Positions 31,213-45,075 of a DNA stretch of 64,000 bases are shown here, in pieces. The stretch is taken from positions 165,604,001 through 165,668,000 of the forward strand of contig CM059425.1 in assembly GCA_030390025.1 (NCBI GenBank), written 5' to 3'. Positions within the stretch are counted from its first letter, which is position 1. Every line of letters starts with the position of its first letter. Position numbers and translations under genes: made by a program. The stretch is from Squalus acanthias. Its lineage: Eukaryota. The notes under the pieces were generated by a model. It did no database searches, had not been told where the DNA came from, and saw nothing but the letters and a program-made list of their open reading frames with translations.

Positions 31213-32950
31213 AGCAAGATAGCCACCCCGCAAGAAATGGTAGCGAGATGGCTCATGCAGACCTCTCCTTGCCATTCTGGGAGTCATGTAGCCTCGTCTC
31301 CCAGAACAGTGTGGGTTTCCTCCAGGAAGCACACTGCATATTTCCCTTCTTTAAGGAGTGAGAAGTTAATAAATCTGCGGCGCAACTCTCTGCTGCCGTT
31401 GTGGCTATGGTTATCTTCATGACAAGAGCATAGTGCAACCTCTACTTAACCTGCGATGACATTGGCCTCCAACGTCGACCGTGCATTTGGTGTTCCTGGC
31501 GTGGGGAGAGGGGGGGTGGGGGGAGGGGTAGCAGTGGCGGTGCCAGCCTTGGCCACCTTAGTTGTTTTGGCAGCCTTGGAGGCAGGGCAGATTTTACTTA
31601 CGTGCTCCACCTCCTTGCAGGTGTGGCACCGCACATCGTCCGATGTCCAGAAGAGTAGTAGGGAGTCCCCTGATGGATGACTATGAATCCAGCCATTGTG
31701 TCCTCCTCCCTCACCAGCTGAATGTACAGCTGGCACCAAAAGAAGACTATACAGAAGCTGGACTCCTTGAAGCCGAGCGGGATTGGCGCTATCCCCGACC
31801 TCACCTCCCCCAGTTGACATAGGTTGGGCAGGAGGAGCTCACTAGGGATAAAGGGCGGGACATTTGATAAAATAATTCGCTGTGCGGTGGCCTCAAGAGG
31901 AAGGTCCTGCCCACCGTGAGCCCCTTATTAAGGGCCAGGAACACCGCCTGCTCAGACCTCAGGAAGAACACAGTTGTCCCGTACATTTTCGAGGCGGCAA
32001 CGATGGCTGAAGGGCCAACAACCCCAGCCATGGCTTTGATGCACGCCTCAATAGTCATGTTGGGGTGAGTGTAGCTCTTTACCCCATTTTTTTGGTGATA
32101 AGGGTGAAAGGTGACAGGGCAGCAGGAGTGGCTTTGGCTGCCATGCTCGCGTATGTCCTTGCTTGCCCCATCACCTGCGAAGATGAAGTTGTTGCTGTTA
32201 ATTAAGGGCTACACTCAACCCAAGTTTTAGGCCTGAGATTAATATGGCCTTTCTTTCAAACAGAGGGGTTTTAGAAAAAAGGAAAAACCCACCTCCCCCC
32301 CTGTAATGTCAGGATGGGAGAGGCACCTTCTCCCCTCTGCTCAAAAAAGGTAAATAAAACAATAATAACAAAGGGAGAGGCTGCCTCTCAAGAATGAGAG
32401 AGGGAGAGAGAGGGAAGGAAGGAGGTAGGCTACAGAGGTGGGGTCACCACTCAAAACGGGCCTTGATGGGTGGGTGGGTGTGTCGCAGGGGTGCACTTTC
32501 TAGCTGTTGACTACAAGTCTTTAGGATCTTCCTGGTAGGGGGAGGAGATGCCTTCACCCAGGACAGCTGGAACTGCCCAGGCACAGTCCTTCACTAAGTC
32601 TTGTTAATGGGATAAAAAGAAAAAACTTCACCAGGCAGCTCCAGCTGTCCCAGGCCAGGCAATGGAGTGGGGTGGGGGGTGTTTATAAGTGTGTGCAGCT
32701 GAGTTGAATTTGAAAGAGCACACAAACACACCCCTCACAATCTTTCAGTCTTTAGCTTCTTTCCACCCCCCACCTACCGGTAATAGTCTTGAAGAGAAAG
32801 TGCACCAACACCCACCTTATGTTGATCTTTAGTTGGTAGTCGTCTCTCTACTTCCAAGTAGATGTTATTTCCTTCCAGTTGTTTGTAGAAGTTGTAGTTG
32901 TGGTTCTCTCTCACTTTCTCACTCCCAATATGGAGAGCCGGCAAGCAAGC
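31213..32950 (-). mobile_element. Tx1 element 5' part: ORF2 start, ORF1 remnant and 5' UTR (distal boundary approximate)
   Basis: ORF2 start MKITIA at 31420 running to CGVAILL, which joins APHFQP at 16204; ORF1 remnant IEACIKAMAGVVGPSAIVAASKM and CHTCKEVEHVSKIC. Confidence 0.75.
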
Positions 32951-33319
32951 AAATTGCTCCTCGTCTCCCTAGTTCCCAGTAGAGCCAGTAGGAATACTAA
33001 AGCCTAGTCTTTAGAAGCCTTTATTCACAGAGACACACCGTACATACTGTGCACCCCCCCCCGCTTTAGATCCTAAAGTTCCCCCACTGTAGCATCCAAT
33101 TGTTTATTAAATTATTCCAGTATTTTTTTCCTCCAGTACTCTACCCAAAGTCTATTCCATATGTCAATCACTTTTTGTATGAAGAAACATTTCCTGATAT
33201 CAGTCTCAAAATTACTGTTTACTAGTTTGAGCCTGGACCCCCATGTTCTACTCTAAAGTAATATACTAGATTTACTTTTTTCATTCCTTTAACAATCTGC
33301 TATGCCTCAATAAAGTATA

Positions 33320-34473
33320 AGGCATTCAATAAGGTTCCACATTCCACATAAGAGACTGTTAGCTAAAATTAAAGCTCATGGAATTGAAGGTAAATTATTG
33401 ACCTGGTTACGTGATTGGTTAGGCAGTAGAAGACAGGTTAGGTGATTGGTTAGATGGTAGCAGACAGAGAGTAGGGATAATGGGTATGTACTGGAGAATA
33501 AAATTACAAAGAGACATTGATAGATTGCGTGAGTGGGCAAAACTGTGGCAGATGGATTTCAACGCAGGGAAAAAAAAGAAAGGAGCATTTATATAGCGCC
33601 TTTCACGACCACCGGACACCTCAAAGCACTTTACAGCCAATGAAGTACTTTTGAATTGGAGTCACTGTTGTAAGGTGGGAAGTATGAGGTCATCCATTTT
33701 CGACCGAGAAAGGTTAGATCCGAATATTATTTAAATGGTAAAAAGCTAGGAACAGTGGAGGTCTAAAGAGATTTAGGGGTCCATGTACACAGATCACTAA
33801 AATGTAGTAGGTACAAAAAATAATCAAAAAGGCTAATGGAATGTTAGCCTTTATAACTAGAGGGCTAAAATATAAAAGGGAGGAAGTTTTGCTACAGCTG
33901 TACAAAGCCCTGGTTAGACCACATCTGGAGTACTGTGTACAGTTCAGGGCACCACACCTTAGAGAGGATATGTTGGCCTTGGAAGAAGTGCAGCGCAGAT
34001 TCACCAGAATGTTACCAGGGCTCCAAGGGTTAGATTATGAGGAGAGATTACATAAACTGGGCTTGTATTCCCTGGAATATAAAAAGTTACGGGGTGATTT
34101 GATTGAGGTTTTTAGGATTTTGAAAGGAATTGATAGATTAGATAGAGAGAAACTTTTTCTGCTGGTGGGGGAGTTCAGAATATGGGGACATAACCTTAAA
34201 ATCAGAGCCAGGCCATTCAGGAGAGAAGGTGGAAACACTTGTTTACACAAAGAGTGGCAGAAGTATGAAACTCTCTCCCACAAAAAAGCAGTAGATGCTA
34301 GGTCAATTAATAATTTTAAATCTGAGATTGATAGATTTTTGCTAGACAAGGGTATAAAAGGGTATGGAGCCAAGGCGGGTGGATGGAGTTAAGATACAGA
34401 TTAGCCATGCTCTCATTGACTGGCGGAACAGTCTCGAGGGGTTGAATGGCCTACTCCTGTTCCTATGTTCCTA
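33320..34473 (+). mobile_element. CR1 3' fragment with a SINE-tail fragment embedded at ~33570-33675
   Basis: ORF 33841-34392 has CR1 RT C-terminal motifs; CR1 3' end present. Confidence 0.85.
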
Positions 34474-34741
34474 AGATTGCCTTTCTGATACCTTCTTTCC
34501 AGACTAAAAAAGAGGTTTCTGCATTCTTTCCTCATAACTCAGACTCCCAATACTAGGAATCAGCCTTCTGGCTATTCTCTGCAATGTCTCCAGCACTTGA
34601 ATGTCTCCCTTGTTTCTTAGTGACCAGAACCGACGCAATCTTCACGGTGCAGTCTGACTAAAGTACTATACGTATTTGCCCAACTTATTCTGTAACTTCT
34701 GAGCTGCTCCTTCTGATTCCACTGCCCCTTCTAGTTTGGTA

Positions 34742-37305
34742 TCATAGATACATAGATACATAGAAGATAGGAGCAGGAGTAGGCCATCCAGCCCTTCGAG
34801 CCTGCTCCGCCATTTAATGAGATCATGGCTGATCCTCCAATTCAGTATCCCGTCCCCGCCTTCTCTCCGTAACCCTTAACCCCTTTTGCCTGTAGAAATA
34901 TATCTAATTCCCTCTTAAATATATTTAATGAGCTGGCGTACACTGCCCTCTGTGGCAATGAGTTCCACAGGTTCACCACCCTCTGAGTGAAGAAATTCCC
35001 CCTCATTTCTGTCCTAAATGGTTTAGCCCTTATCCTTAAATTATGTCCTCTAGTTCTGTTCTCACCCGCCAAGGGAAACATTCCTTCTGCATCTAGTCTG
35101 TCTAGACCTGTCAGAATTTTATACACTTCTATGAGGTCCCCTCTCAATCTTCTAAACTCCAGTGTGTACATCCCTAAACTACATAGTCTCTCCTCATAGG
35201 TCAATCCCGCCATTCCTGGTATCAGCCTGGTGAATCGCCGCTGCACCCCCTCCATGGCAAGAACATCTTTCCTCAGATGAGGCGACCAAAACTGTACACA
35301 GTACTCGAGGTGTGGTCCCACCAGTGCCCTGTACAGCTGCAGCAAGGTATCCCTGTTCCTGTATTCCAACCCTTTTGCTATGAAGGCCAGCATACCGTTT
35401 GCCTTCTTGACCGCCTGTTGCACCTGCATGCTCGCCTTCAGTGACTGGTGTACAAGAACACCCAGGTCTCTCTGTACTTCCCCCTCTCCCAATTTATTGC
35501 CATTTAAATAATAATTTGCCCTCCCGTTCCTGCACCCAAGGTGGATAACTTCGCACTTGTCCACATTATAGTGCATCTGCCATTTATCCGCCCAATCACC
35601 CAGTCTGTCCAAATCGCTCTGGAGCTTCCTGGTCTCCTCCTCTGAGCCCACCCCCCCTCCTAGTTTAGTGTCGTCTGCAAATTTGGAAAATGCTGCATCC
35701 GACTCCCTGATCCAGGTCATTAATGTAAATTGTGAACAGCTGGGGACCCAGGACAGATCCCTGTGGTACCCCACTTGTTACTGCCTGCCATTCAGAAAAT
35801 GAGCCGTTTATTCCAACTCTCTGTTTTCTATCTGACAGCCAGTTCTCTATCCACGTCAATACTTTCCCCTTTATCCCATAAGCTTCAATCTTCCATGCTA
35901 ATCTTTTATGTGGGACCTTGTCGAAGGCCTTTTGGAAGTCCAGGTACACCACATCTACTGGCTCGCCCCCATCTATTTTACCAGTTACTCCCTCAAAAAA
36001 TTCCAATAGATTAGTCAAGCACGATTTACCCTTTGTAAATCCATGTTGACTCTGTCCTATCCTGTCCCCATTTGCTAAGTGCTCCGCTATTTCATCCTTA
36101 ATGATGGACTCCAGCATTTTGCCCACAACTGATGTAAGGCTTACAGGTCTGTAATTACCTGCTTTTTCCCTACCCCCCTTTTTGAATAGTGGGGTAACAT
36201 TAGCTACCCTCCAATCCATGGGCATTGTTCCCGAGTCTAATGAATTCTGAAAAATCATACTTAGTGCATCCGCTATCTCTAGGGCCACCTCCTTCAGTAC
36301 CCTAGGATGCATGTTATCAGGCCCTGGGGATTTGTCCGCCTTCAATCCCTTTAGCTTCCTTAACACCATATCCTTAGAGATATTGATTTGCGTCAATTCC
36401 TCCTTTGCCAATGTCCCTATTTTTCCCGATATCCCAGGGAGGTTTTTTGTGTCTTCCTTCGTAAAGACTGACCCAAAGTATGCATTTAGTTGGTCTGCCA
36501 TTTCCTTATTTCCCGTTATATATTCCCCCGTATCTGACTGCAATGGACCAACTTTGGTTTTCACCAGTCTTTTCCTCTTGATATACTTATAAAAGCTTTT
36601 GGAGTTAGTTTTTATATTTTCCGCCAGCTTGCTTTCGTAAGCTATTTTGCCCCTCTTGATTAAGCCCTTTGTCCTCCTTTGCTCTATCTTAAACTGTTCC
36701 CAATCTTCCGCTCTGGCGCTTTTTTTGGCTATTTTATACGCCCTATCTTTGGATTTTATGCTGTCTCTAATTTCCCCTGTTATCCACGGTTGAGTCACCT
36801 TTTTAGATTTCCTTTTATGCCAGATTGGTATAAACAATTTTTGCAATTTTGTCATTCTATCTTTAAATGCTTGCCATTGTTTATCTACCTCCAGTCCTCC
36901 CAGGAACGTTGTCCAATCAGACCTACTCAGTTCCCGTCTAATGGCATCATAATTCCCCTTGTTTAAATTCAGGACCTTAGTCTCTGAGTCAATTTCTTCG
37001 CTCTCCATTTCGAGTGAGAAATCGATCATGTTATGATCGCTCTGACCCAAGGGTCCCCGTACAACAAGATTACTAATTAGTCCCTTCTCATTGCACAGTA
37101 CCCAGTCCAATATAGCCTGTTCCCGAGTTGGTTCCTCGACATATTGATCCAGATAACCATCCCTTAAACACTCAAGGAATTCCTCCTCCTCATTATTTTT
37201 ACTGATTAGGCTAGTCCAATCTATATGTAAGTTAAAGTCACCTATGATGACAGCTGTGCTCTTATTGCACGCTTCTCTAATTTCCCTCGTGATGCCCTCC
37301 CCAAC
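34742..37305 (-). mobile_element. Well-preserved 5'-truncated CR1 ORF2 (one frameshift near 35690)
   Basis: ORFs 35665-37389 and 34842-35774 contain GDFN, SDH, QHGF, GVPQGS and FADD; catagata tail. Confidence 0.92.
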
Positions 37306-39260
37306 CTCTGCAAGTTTGACCACTTTGCATTGAGCTTCTGAATCCAGGACATTAATGTAAAGTGGAAACAGTAGTGATCCCAGCACCAAGTTCTCAGATA
37401 CCCTAAATGGTACATCACCTCACTTATCTCTTTCATCAAGTACTCATTGGCCCACACAGGCTGTGCCCCGGGATCCGTGGGCCAGTACGCTGCCTCCATT
37501 ACGCAGTGTCAGACAGCAAGTTGATGAAGGAGGGTCCCCATCAGGTAGGTTCATACTCTTCTCGCAGGTCCGCAACGTACTCCGGAGCTACGCCGCCGAC
37601 CACAATTTTTGGGCTATTGTTTTCTACCCTTCAACCAGTTTCCTATCCATTTCAAAGGCTTGCACTGAATCTCTACAGCTTTTGAGATTAATGCCTTTCA
37701 TATGGAACTTTGTCAAACGCCTTTTGGAAGTCATGGTACCCTATGTGATTGAGCTTTCTACAGTAAAATTGGGTTGTTACATCCTCATACAAGTCAATGA
37801 GGATGTTCAGAGAGGATCCTCCCCTTCTGAATCCATGTTGATTGCCGTTTAATAGTTTATTATACAGACACTCCTAAAATTTACTGCTGATAACAGATTA
37901 CATTATTTTACATGGAACAGAAATAAAACCAATAGGTCTATGGTTTGTTTGTGTTTGTTTTGTCACCCTTTTTAAGTATGTACACTACTTAGTCTGTTTT
38001 CAATAAACTGATAGTTCTCCAGAGTCCAGTGACTCCCCCATAATGATTGTCAGTGCCTCACAAATATCTTCCCTTGTCTCTCTCAACACTCTGGGATAAT
38101 TACTATCTATCGCTGGTGATTTATTTGTTTTGAAACTTTTGGCCTTTAATTTCGATCTAAGTCATTGGTGCTAATTAGGCTATCTTTGTTTGGGGGAGAA
38201 CAGGTTGCTTACATCTTTCCTTGTGAATACTTGGAGGAAGTAATCATTCTGTGCTCATTTTGTGCTCATCCTCAGTTTTGAGCCGGTTTGCGTCTTTTAT
38301 GGTTTTCATCTCTTTCCTGACTGTGCTCTTAATGTCCTGGTACTAAAGATTTTTTTTAACTGTTGCCTCAGCTGCTATTTTCTAGGCTTCTCTTTGACCC
38401 TCTGATTATCCTTTTAATATGTTTCTGCACTATATAAAAAATGCAAGTCTAAAAAATGCAAGTCTCTTTCCCATATTCATCCCAGTGAACCCCTTCTCCT
38501 TTATCCCTGCAGAATTTGTAGAGGTAATTTTCCGATTACTCTCACTAAGTTTGTTTGTTAATTCATTTAGGGACATGTTTGTTTAGTCTGGGCTTGATCA
38601 TTTTCAGTATATATTTATTCTGCATGCTTAAAGGTGTTCCACTTGTCTTCTACTGAAGTGCTGTTGAACAACCATCCCAATTTATTTGCTTTTGTTGTTT
38701 CCTCATTTCATTGCATTTAGCCCTTTTAAAGTTATATACTTGGCTCTTGGTCTTAGGTATTTCTAACTGCCAGATCATAAAGCAGTCATTCATTACATTT
38801 ACCAACTCTGACTCTAAACTACTTGGGTTTTCCTAGTTTATATAGGTTGATTGAAGTCTCCCATTTAAATAACTTTCCTGTTCTCTCTTCAAAGAGCATA
38901 TGCAAGGGGCCTAAATCTGATTTAGGAGGCTACCCTGGATGCCTGAAAAATGCCAGCCCTAATATCGAATTAGACATCTTTCAGGCGTTTATGGGGCACA
39001 GGACGTTGATCACCAAAATTGTCCCTCATTGTGCCAATTTTACGCTTGTAAAATGGGCGCAACGAGGTCCAATTTCTACCCGCAAGTTTCTCCACTCTTT
39101 CTTCATAACTCAGCTGCCTGACACTACGGAGCAGCCTCATGGCTCTTCCCTGCACAACCTCCAGCACTTGAATGCCTCTCTTGTTTTTTGGCAATCAAAA
39201 ATGGAGAGAGTACTCAAGGTGCAGTCTGCCCAGAACACTGTACAGCTTGAACACCATTTC
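37306..39260 (-). mobile_element. Old, highly degenerate CR1 fragments with small insertions
   Basis: Remnants of [15 protein letters not shown] and PGDS-like segments; MITE-like block at 38905-39080. Confidence 0.5.
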
Positions 39261-39266
39261 CTCTGA

Positions 39267-39403
39267 TACGATAGCAAAATACTGCGGATGCTGGAAAGGT
39301 CTGTTCTGACGAAAGGTCATCGACCTGAAACGTTAACTCTCTTTCTCTCTCCACGGATGCTGCCTGGCCTGCTGAGTTTTTCCAGCGTTTTCTGTTGTTA
39401 TTT
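39267..39403 (+). mobile_element. Short Penelope pLTR-derived insertion with a 14-bp TSD
   Basis: ACCATTTCCTCTGA at 39253-39266 and 39404-39417. Confidence 0.8.
39303..39337 (+). ncRNA. Minimal type I hammerhead ribozyme motif
   Basis: GTT-CTGACGA-A-AGGTC(ATC)GACCT-GAAAC-GTT-AAC. Confidence 0.7.
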
Positions 39404-39454
39404 ACCATTTCCTCTGACTTGTGTTCCATTATTTTGGTTCTGTAAAAGAAAGAC

Positions 39455-41797
39455 TTGCATTTATATAGCGCCTCTCACGACCATCAGACGTCTCAAAGCA
39501 CTTTACAGCTAATGGAGTACTTTTTGAAGTGGAGTCACTGTTGTAATGTGGGAAACACAGCAGCCAATTTGCGCACAGCAAGGTCCCACAAACAGCAATC
39601 TGATAATGACCAGATAATCTGTTTTTGTTATGTTGGTTGAGGGATAAACATTGACCAGGACACCAGGGATAACTCCCCAGCTCTTCTGCGAAATAGTGCC
39701 ATGGGATCTTTTACATCCACCTGAGAAAGCAGACGGCCTCGGTTTAATGTCTCATCCGAAAGACGGCACCTCCAACAGTGCAGTACTCCCTCAGCACTGC
39801 ACTGGAGTGTCAGCCTAGCTTTATGTGTTCAAGTCCCATGGAATCATAGAAAGTTACAGCATGGAAGGAGGCTATTTTGGCCCATCGTGTCCGCGCCGGC
39901 CAACAAAGAGCTATCCAGCCTAATCCCACTTCCCAGCTCTTGGTCTGTAGCCCTGCAGGTTACAGCATCCCAAGTGCACATCCAAGTACTTTTTAAATGT
40001 GGTTAGGATTTCTGCCTCTACCACCCTTTCAGGCAGTGAGTTCCAGACCACCACAACCCTCTGGGTGAAGAAATCTCCCCTGAAATCCCCACTGAACCTT
40101 CCACCAATTACTTTAAATCTGTGCCCCCTGGTTTTTGACCCCTCTGCTAAGGGAAATAGGTCCTTTCTATCCACTTTATCTATGCCCCTCATAATTTTAT
40201 ACACCCCAATAAGGTCTCCCCTCAGCCTCCTCTGTTCCAAGGAAAACAAACCCAGCCTATCCAGTCTTTCCTCATAGCTAAGATTCTGTACTCCCGGCAA
40301 CATCCTTGTAAATCTCCTCTGTACCCTCTTTAGTGCAATCACATCTTTCCTGTAATGTGATGACCAGAACTGCATGCAGTACTCTAGCTGAGGCCTAACT
40401 AGTGTTTTATACAGTTGAAGCATAACCCCCCTGCTCTTGTATTCTATGCCACGACTAATAAAGGCAAGCATTCCATATGCCTTCTTAACCACCTTATCTA
40501 CCTGGCCTGCTACCTTCAGGGATCTGTGGACATGCACTCCAAGGTCCCTTTGTTCCTCTACACTACTCGGTGTCCTACCATTTAATGTGTATTCCCTTTC
40601 CTTGTTAGCCCTCCCCAAATGCATTACCTCACACTTCTCCGGATTGAATTCCATTTGCCACTGTTCTGCCCACCTGACCAATTTATTGATATCTTCCTGC
40701 AGTCTACAGCTTCCTTCTTCAGTATCAACCACACAGCCGATTTTAGTATCATCTGCAAACTTCTTAATCATACCCCCTATATTCAAGTCTAGATCATTGA
40801 TGTATACCAGAAAAAGCAAGGGACCTAGTACTGAGCCCTGCGGAACCCCACTGGAAACAGTCTTCCAGTCACAAAAACACCCATCAACCATTACCCTCTG
40901 CTTCCTGCCTCTGAGCCAGTTTTGAATCCAACTTGACACTTTGCCCTGAATCCCATGGGCTTTTAACTTCGTGACCAGTCTGCCATGTGGAACCTTATCA
41001 AAAGCCTTGCTAAAGTCCATATACACTACATCAAACGCACTACCCTCATTTACCCTCCTTGTTACCACCTCAAAAAATTCAATCAAGTTTGTCAGACACA
41101 ACCTTCCCTTAACAAATCCGTGCTGACTATCCTTGATTAATCCGTGTCTTTTTAAATGAAGATTTATCCTGTCGTTCAGAATTCTTTCCAATAATTTTCC
41201 CACCACTGAGGTTAGGCTGACTGGTCTGTAATTACTCGGTCTATCCTTTTCTCCCTTTTTAAACAAGGGTACCACATTAGCAGTCCTCCAGTCCTCCGGC
41301 ACCACACCTGAAGCCAGAGAGGATTGGAAAATGATGGTCAGGGCCTCTGCTATTTCCTCTTTTGCTTCGCTTAACAGCCTGGGATACATTTCATCCGGGC
41401 CTTGGGATTTATCCACTTTTAAAGCTGCTAAACCCCTTAATACTTCCTCTCTCACTATGTTTATTTCATCTAATATTTCACACTCCTCCTCCCTGATAGC
41501 AATGTCTGCTTCGCCCCTCTCTTTTGTGAAAACAGACGCAAAGTATTCATTAAGAACCTTACCGACATCTCCCGCCTCCACACACAGATTACCCTCATGA
41601 TCTCTAATAGGCCCAACCCTTTCTTTAGTTATCCTCTTACTCTTAATATATTTGTAAAACATCTTTGGGTTTTCCTTGATTTTACTTGCCAAGAATTTTT
41701 CATGCTCTCTCTTTGCTTTCCTAATATGGAGTGGGACTTGAACTCGTAACCTTCTGACTCAGAGGCGAGTGTGCTACCCACTGAGCCACAGCTGACA
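39455..41797 (-). mobile_element. tRNA-headed Deu-domain SINE (39455-39842 + 41726-41797), split by a CR1
   Basis: Head with GTTCAAGTCCC B box at 41730-41797; central GTGCCGTCTTTCGGATGAGAC...ATCCCATGGCACT (Deu-like domain); L2-type tail. Confidence 0.75.
39843..41725 (-). mobile_element. Young 5'-truncated CR1 with an uninterrupted 590-aa RT ORF (39920-41692)
   Basis: Complete RT motif set; ATGGA duplicated at 39838-39842 and 41726-41730. Confidence 0.92.
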
Positions 41798-43459
41798 TGA
41801 AGTTCAATATGCTATTGGATTTGTTGATTGCTGTTCTGCATTAGTTTTACGTGTTGAATATTGACTCCATTTAGACACTTGTGTGTCTTTCAATTTCATC
41901 CTTAGTTATTTCAGCAGCAGTACATATGTCTCCCATTTTTCCTTTCAATGTGTAGCAGTTTAAACTCATCTGTATTAAATTTCATCTGCCATTGTTCAGC
42001 CCACATACATATTTTGTTTAATTCATGAGCTGCCTCCTTTGATTCTGCTACCCATCCTGGTTTGGCATTTTCTGCAAATTTTCATACAGAAAATATTGAC
42101 AGTTGCTAACAAGGAGCAGAACCTGCCTGAATAGTCCATAATATAACACCACCCCTTTATTATTACAATGGCACATGGAAGGATGCTGTGCAAATGAATC
42201 AGAAAGGGCTCATTATGTAGATAGTGTTAGATTACATAATATAAAGTCCTGTGTTTAAAATGATTCTGATTGATCCAAGGGATGTGCACCAACAGAAGCA
42301 TCTTTATGTTTCTGCTGCCGGCTCCAGGCTATTAAAAGATTGAAACCTGAATGATGTAATTAGCTTACATACCTGAGGCTCCTGCCTGTTCTGAATTGTA
42401 AATACATACGTAATGTCAAATTTTGGATTTTTCTTGAAAAGTAAATGCACTATTTTAGATTCTCACCTTGCATTGTATTGAAAACCTTTGCTTATAATTG
42501 TCAGAACCAGGAAACCATTTTTGGCACTGGCATATCACTGAAATCAGAAGTGTTTTTGTTAAAATGCTTCTGTTACAGATTTATTCCTGTAAGAAAGCCT
42601 GATATTATATCAGAGATCATTTTAAGTTCTGTGAAAACATCACAGGCTGTAGTATTATACAGTAATCAATATTGTACAAATATTGACTGCAGTTGAGGGG
42701 TATATCAGCAAGTTATTGACCCAAGGTTTACAGAAGTGACAGAGTGTGTGTTAGAATGGCTAAGGGCATTATTGCATTTTTGAGGTCAGTTACGTAACCA
42801 TTTACCTTGCAGGCTCTGAACCATACTGTCAATATTTGCTTTATTACACTATTGGACTCAATAATAACCTGTACTTTGTGATGATAATGGCCAATGGTCT
42901 CTGCTCTATTGACTTTGAATGTCACTCATTGAAGATTATTTGCCCACTGAGATCATTAGGAGATAATAATGAAAAATATCTTCACACATGATGGATTTTA
43001 AGCCAATCACATAACATTTTAACCTTTACAGATTACTGAATGTTTCTTAGGACTTATATCAGCCCTTACTTTCAGGGAGTTGGCACTGCCTGAGGAATTT
43101 GAAGGCTGAGATTTTTTGTCAGTGGTGGGAGGTTTATGCTAGCCTGAGAAAAATACTGGCACTATTGTGTAACAATTATGCAGCCCTATGTGCCAAGTGA
43201 AGTGACCAAAGAAGCAGAAAAGGGGTAGTTTTATAACAATTTACAGGAAGTGTTATAAAATGTGTCCATGCATAATCTGCTAGTACTTGTGCTTGATTTT
43301 AATTCGTTTGACGCAAGGGGAAAGGTTCTGGGCTAGCATGGAATTGGTGAAGAAAACAACAACAGAAGATCCTGTTTGAACTTTGCAGATAAAATGGGTT
43401 GGCAATTTGTATATAGCACGTGTAATGTGAAAATATCCTAAGGTGATCCCGTGGCTCTG

Positions 43460-44260
43460 ATTGCACCTGAGCTGTTCAGGCATGGTGGGGTTGCGGAGGG
43501 ATGTTATGAGCCCTGTGTGTAGGGGGTATCCCTTGTCCCCTAGCAGCTACCCTCTGACATTCCTGGATGGGTGGAAAAGTGGAGGGATGGATGAAGGCAT
43601 CATGACAGCTGCCAGTGAAATTGATGCAGACTTGCATTACCCTTTTGTGATGAGCACACACCAGCTGAACACTGATGGAGTGGAAGCCCTTTCTGCTCAT
43701 AAAAACTCCTGGCTTGCCTTCTGATTTCCTGAATATGTGAGTGCAGTCTATTCTGCCCTGGATGAGAGAGAAACCAGCCGCTGCTGCAAATCCCAGAGCT
43801 CTCATTCTGGCTGTTGGCATCCATTAGGAAAGTAATGGACTGGTTTGCTCTGGCAAAGAGGGCATTGTTGGCCTGCTTGATAAAGCTGTGCACTGTAGAC
43901 TGGGAGATGCAGATGATGTCCCCAGTAGCAGCCTGGAAGGAACTTAAGGCAAAAAAGTGGTGGTGACTTTAACAACCACTGGCAAAACATGGTCCTTTCT
44001 TCTAGCAGACAACTAGTCCTGCTGCAGTCGGCTGTATAGATCAGTGACAATCTGCCTGGTGAAACGCAGCCTCATGAAGCAGTGCTCCTTAGAGATATGC
44101 AGGAAAGTTACTCTTGGTCTATAGATCCTGTGGTCTGGATAAGCCCCTCCATGAACAGCTGCCCTCATCTGCAGTGTTCTAACAGGCCCACCTGCGACTT
44201 GTCTCGGCTATTGAGGCTGCTGATGCTGCTTCTCTTCTTCCAACTGTTCCTCCATCCAAA
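43460..44260 (-). pseudogene. PIF/Harbinger transposase remnant
   Basis: GFSLIQGRIDCTHI...RKGFHSISVQLVC...GSCHDAFI (HARBI1/DDE_Tnp_4-like). Confidence 0.85.
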
Positions 44261-45075
44261 GGAATTGAGCAAAATAACACCCATGATAAGCAGTGAATGC
44301 TTGATAAGCATAACAAAGGGGGGAAAAATCACAAAGGTGCAATCTCCAAGCTCAGAACTGCCTTGGAAAGCCATTAATCACAATAGCATATTGATCCTAG
44401 TGCCTGCAGGCGAGTGTCCCTTTAAATACTGCTTCCAGTCATGTCAGTAAGATTGTGAAGCCAAGGTTTTACTCAGTGGGTTTACTGCTGGGCAAGACTT
44501 CTGACCCGGGTCCCAATTAAATCATAGGGCCCCCATTTGCATTTAGTAATGAAGCGTTCGCCTGTTTCCAGCGAGTGCGTTTGCCAGCCCAGAGTCAGCT
44601 CCCAAGTTAAAATGAGGGTTGGTGGGCGGTTCGTCAATTTTCCCTGTTTTAACCACTCACCCAGCCCATTCCCACTGGCCAGATTGGCTTAAAAATCAGG
44701 TCCTGTGATTGTATATGAGCTCAGTTCAAACAGAGGTAAAAGTATCAAAATACTACAGATACTGGAAATCTGAAACAAAAATAAAAAGTGCTGGAAACAC
44801 TCAGTAAGTCAGACAGTATCTGTAAAGAAAGAAAAAATAGTGATGTATTAAGCATAGCCCCTCATCAGAACTGCTGACGGGTTGGCCGATATCTACAGGG
44901 AGGCAAGAATGGAGTGAAGGTGGGCGGCGGGGGCGGGGGCGGGGGGGCGTGGGGGGAAGCGTTCTGGACGACAACCGGGAAGTATGGGTTTCCCGGACAT
45001 CCTGCACAAATTGACTGCAGGGCGCATTTTAATTTTTTTCACCAGGTTTCCCGCCCAACAGCTAGCCTGATTGAT

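Noticed and set aside
30615..31361. Long repetitive ORFs (LSRCSELRLLP and others), or a CRISPR-like array
   Set aside because: These are a by-product of a stop-free 33-bp tandem repeat; there are no unique spacers.
39920..41692. Intact 590-aa RT as the helper for the LTR element
   Set aside because: It is a 5'-truncated non-LTR CR1 RT with no integrase or protease, so it cannot complement a tRNA-primed LTR element.
42368..42400. Possible 18-nt minus-strand microexon, and a similar donor at ~42807
   Set aside because: Splice-like motifs alone are too common, and there is no gene context.
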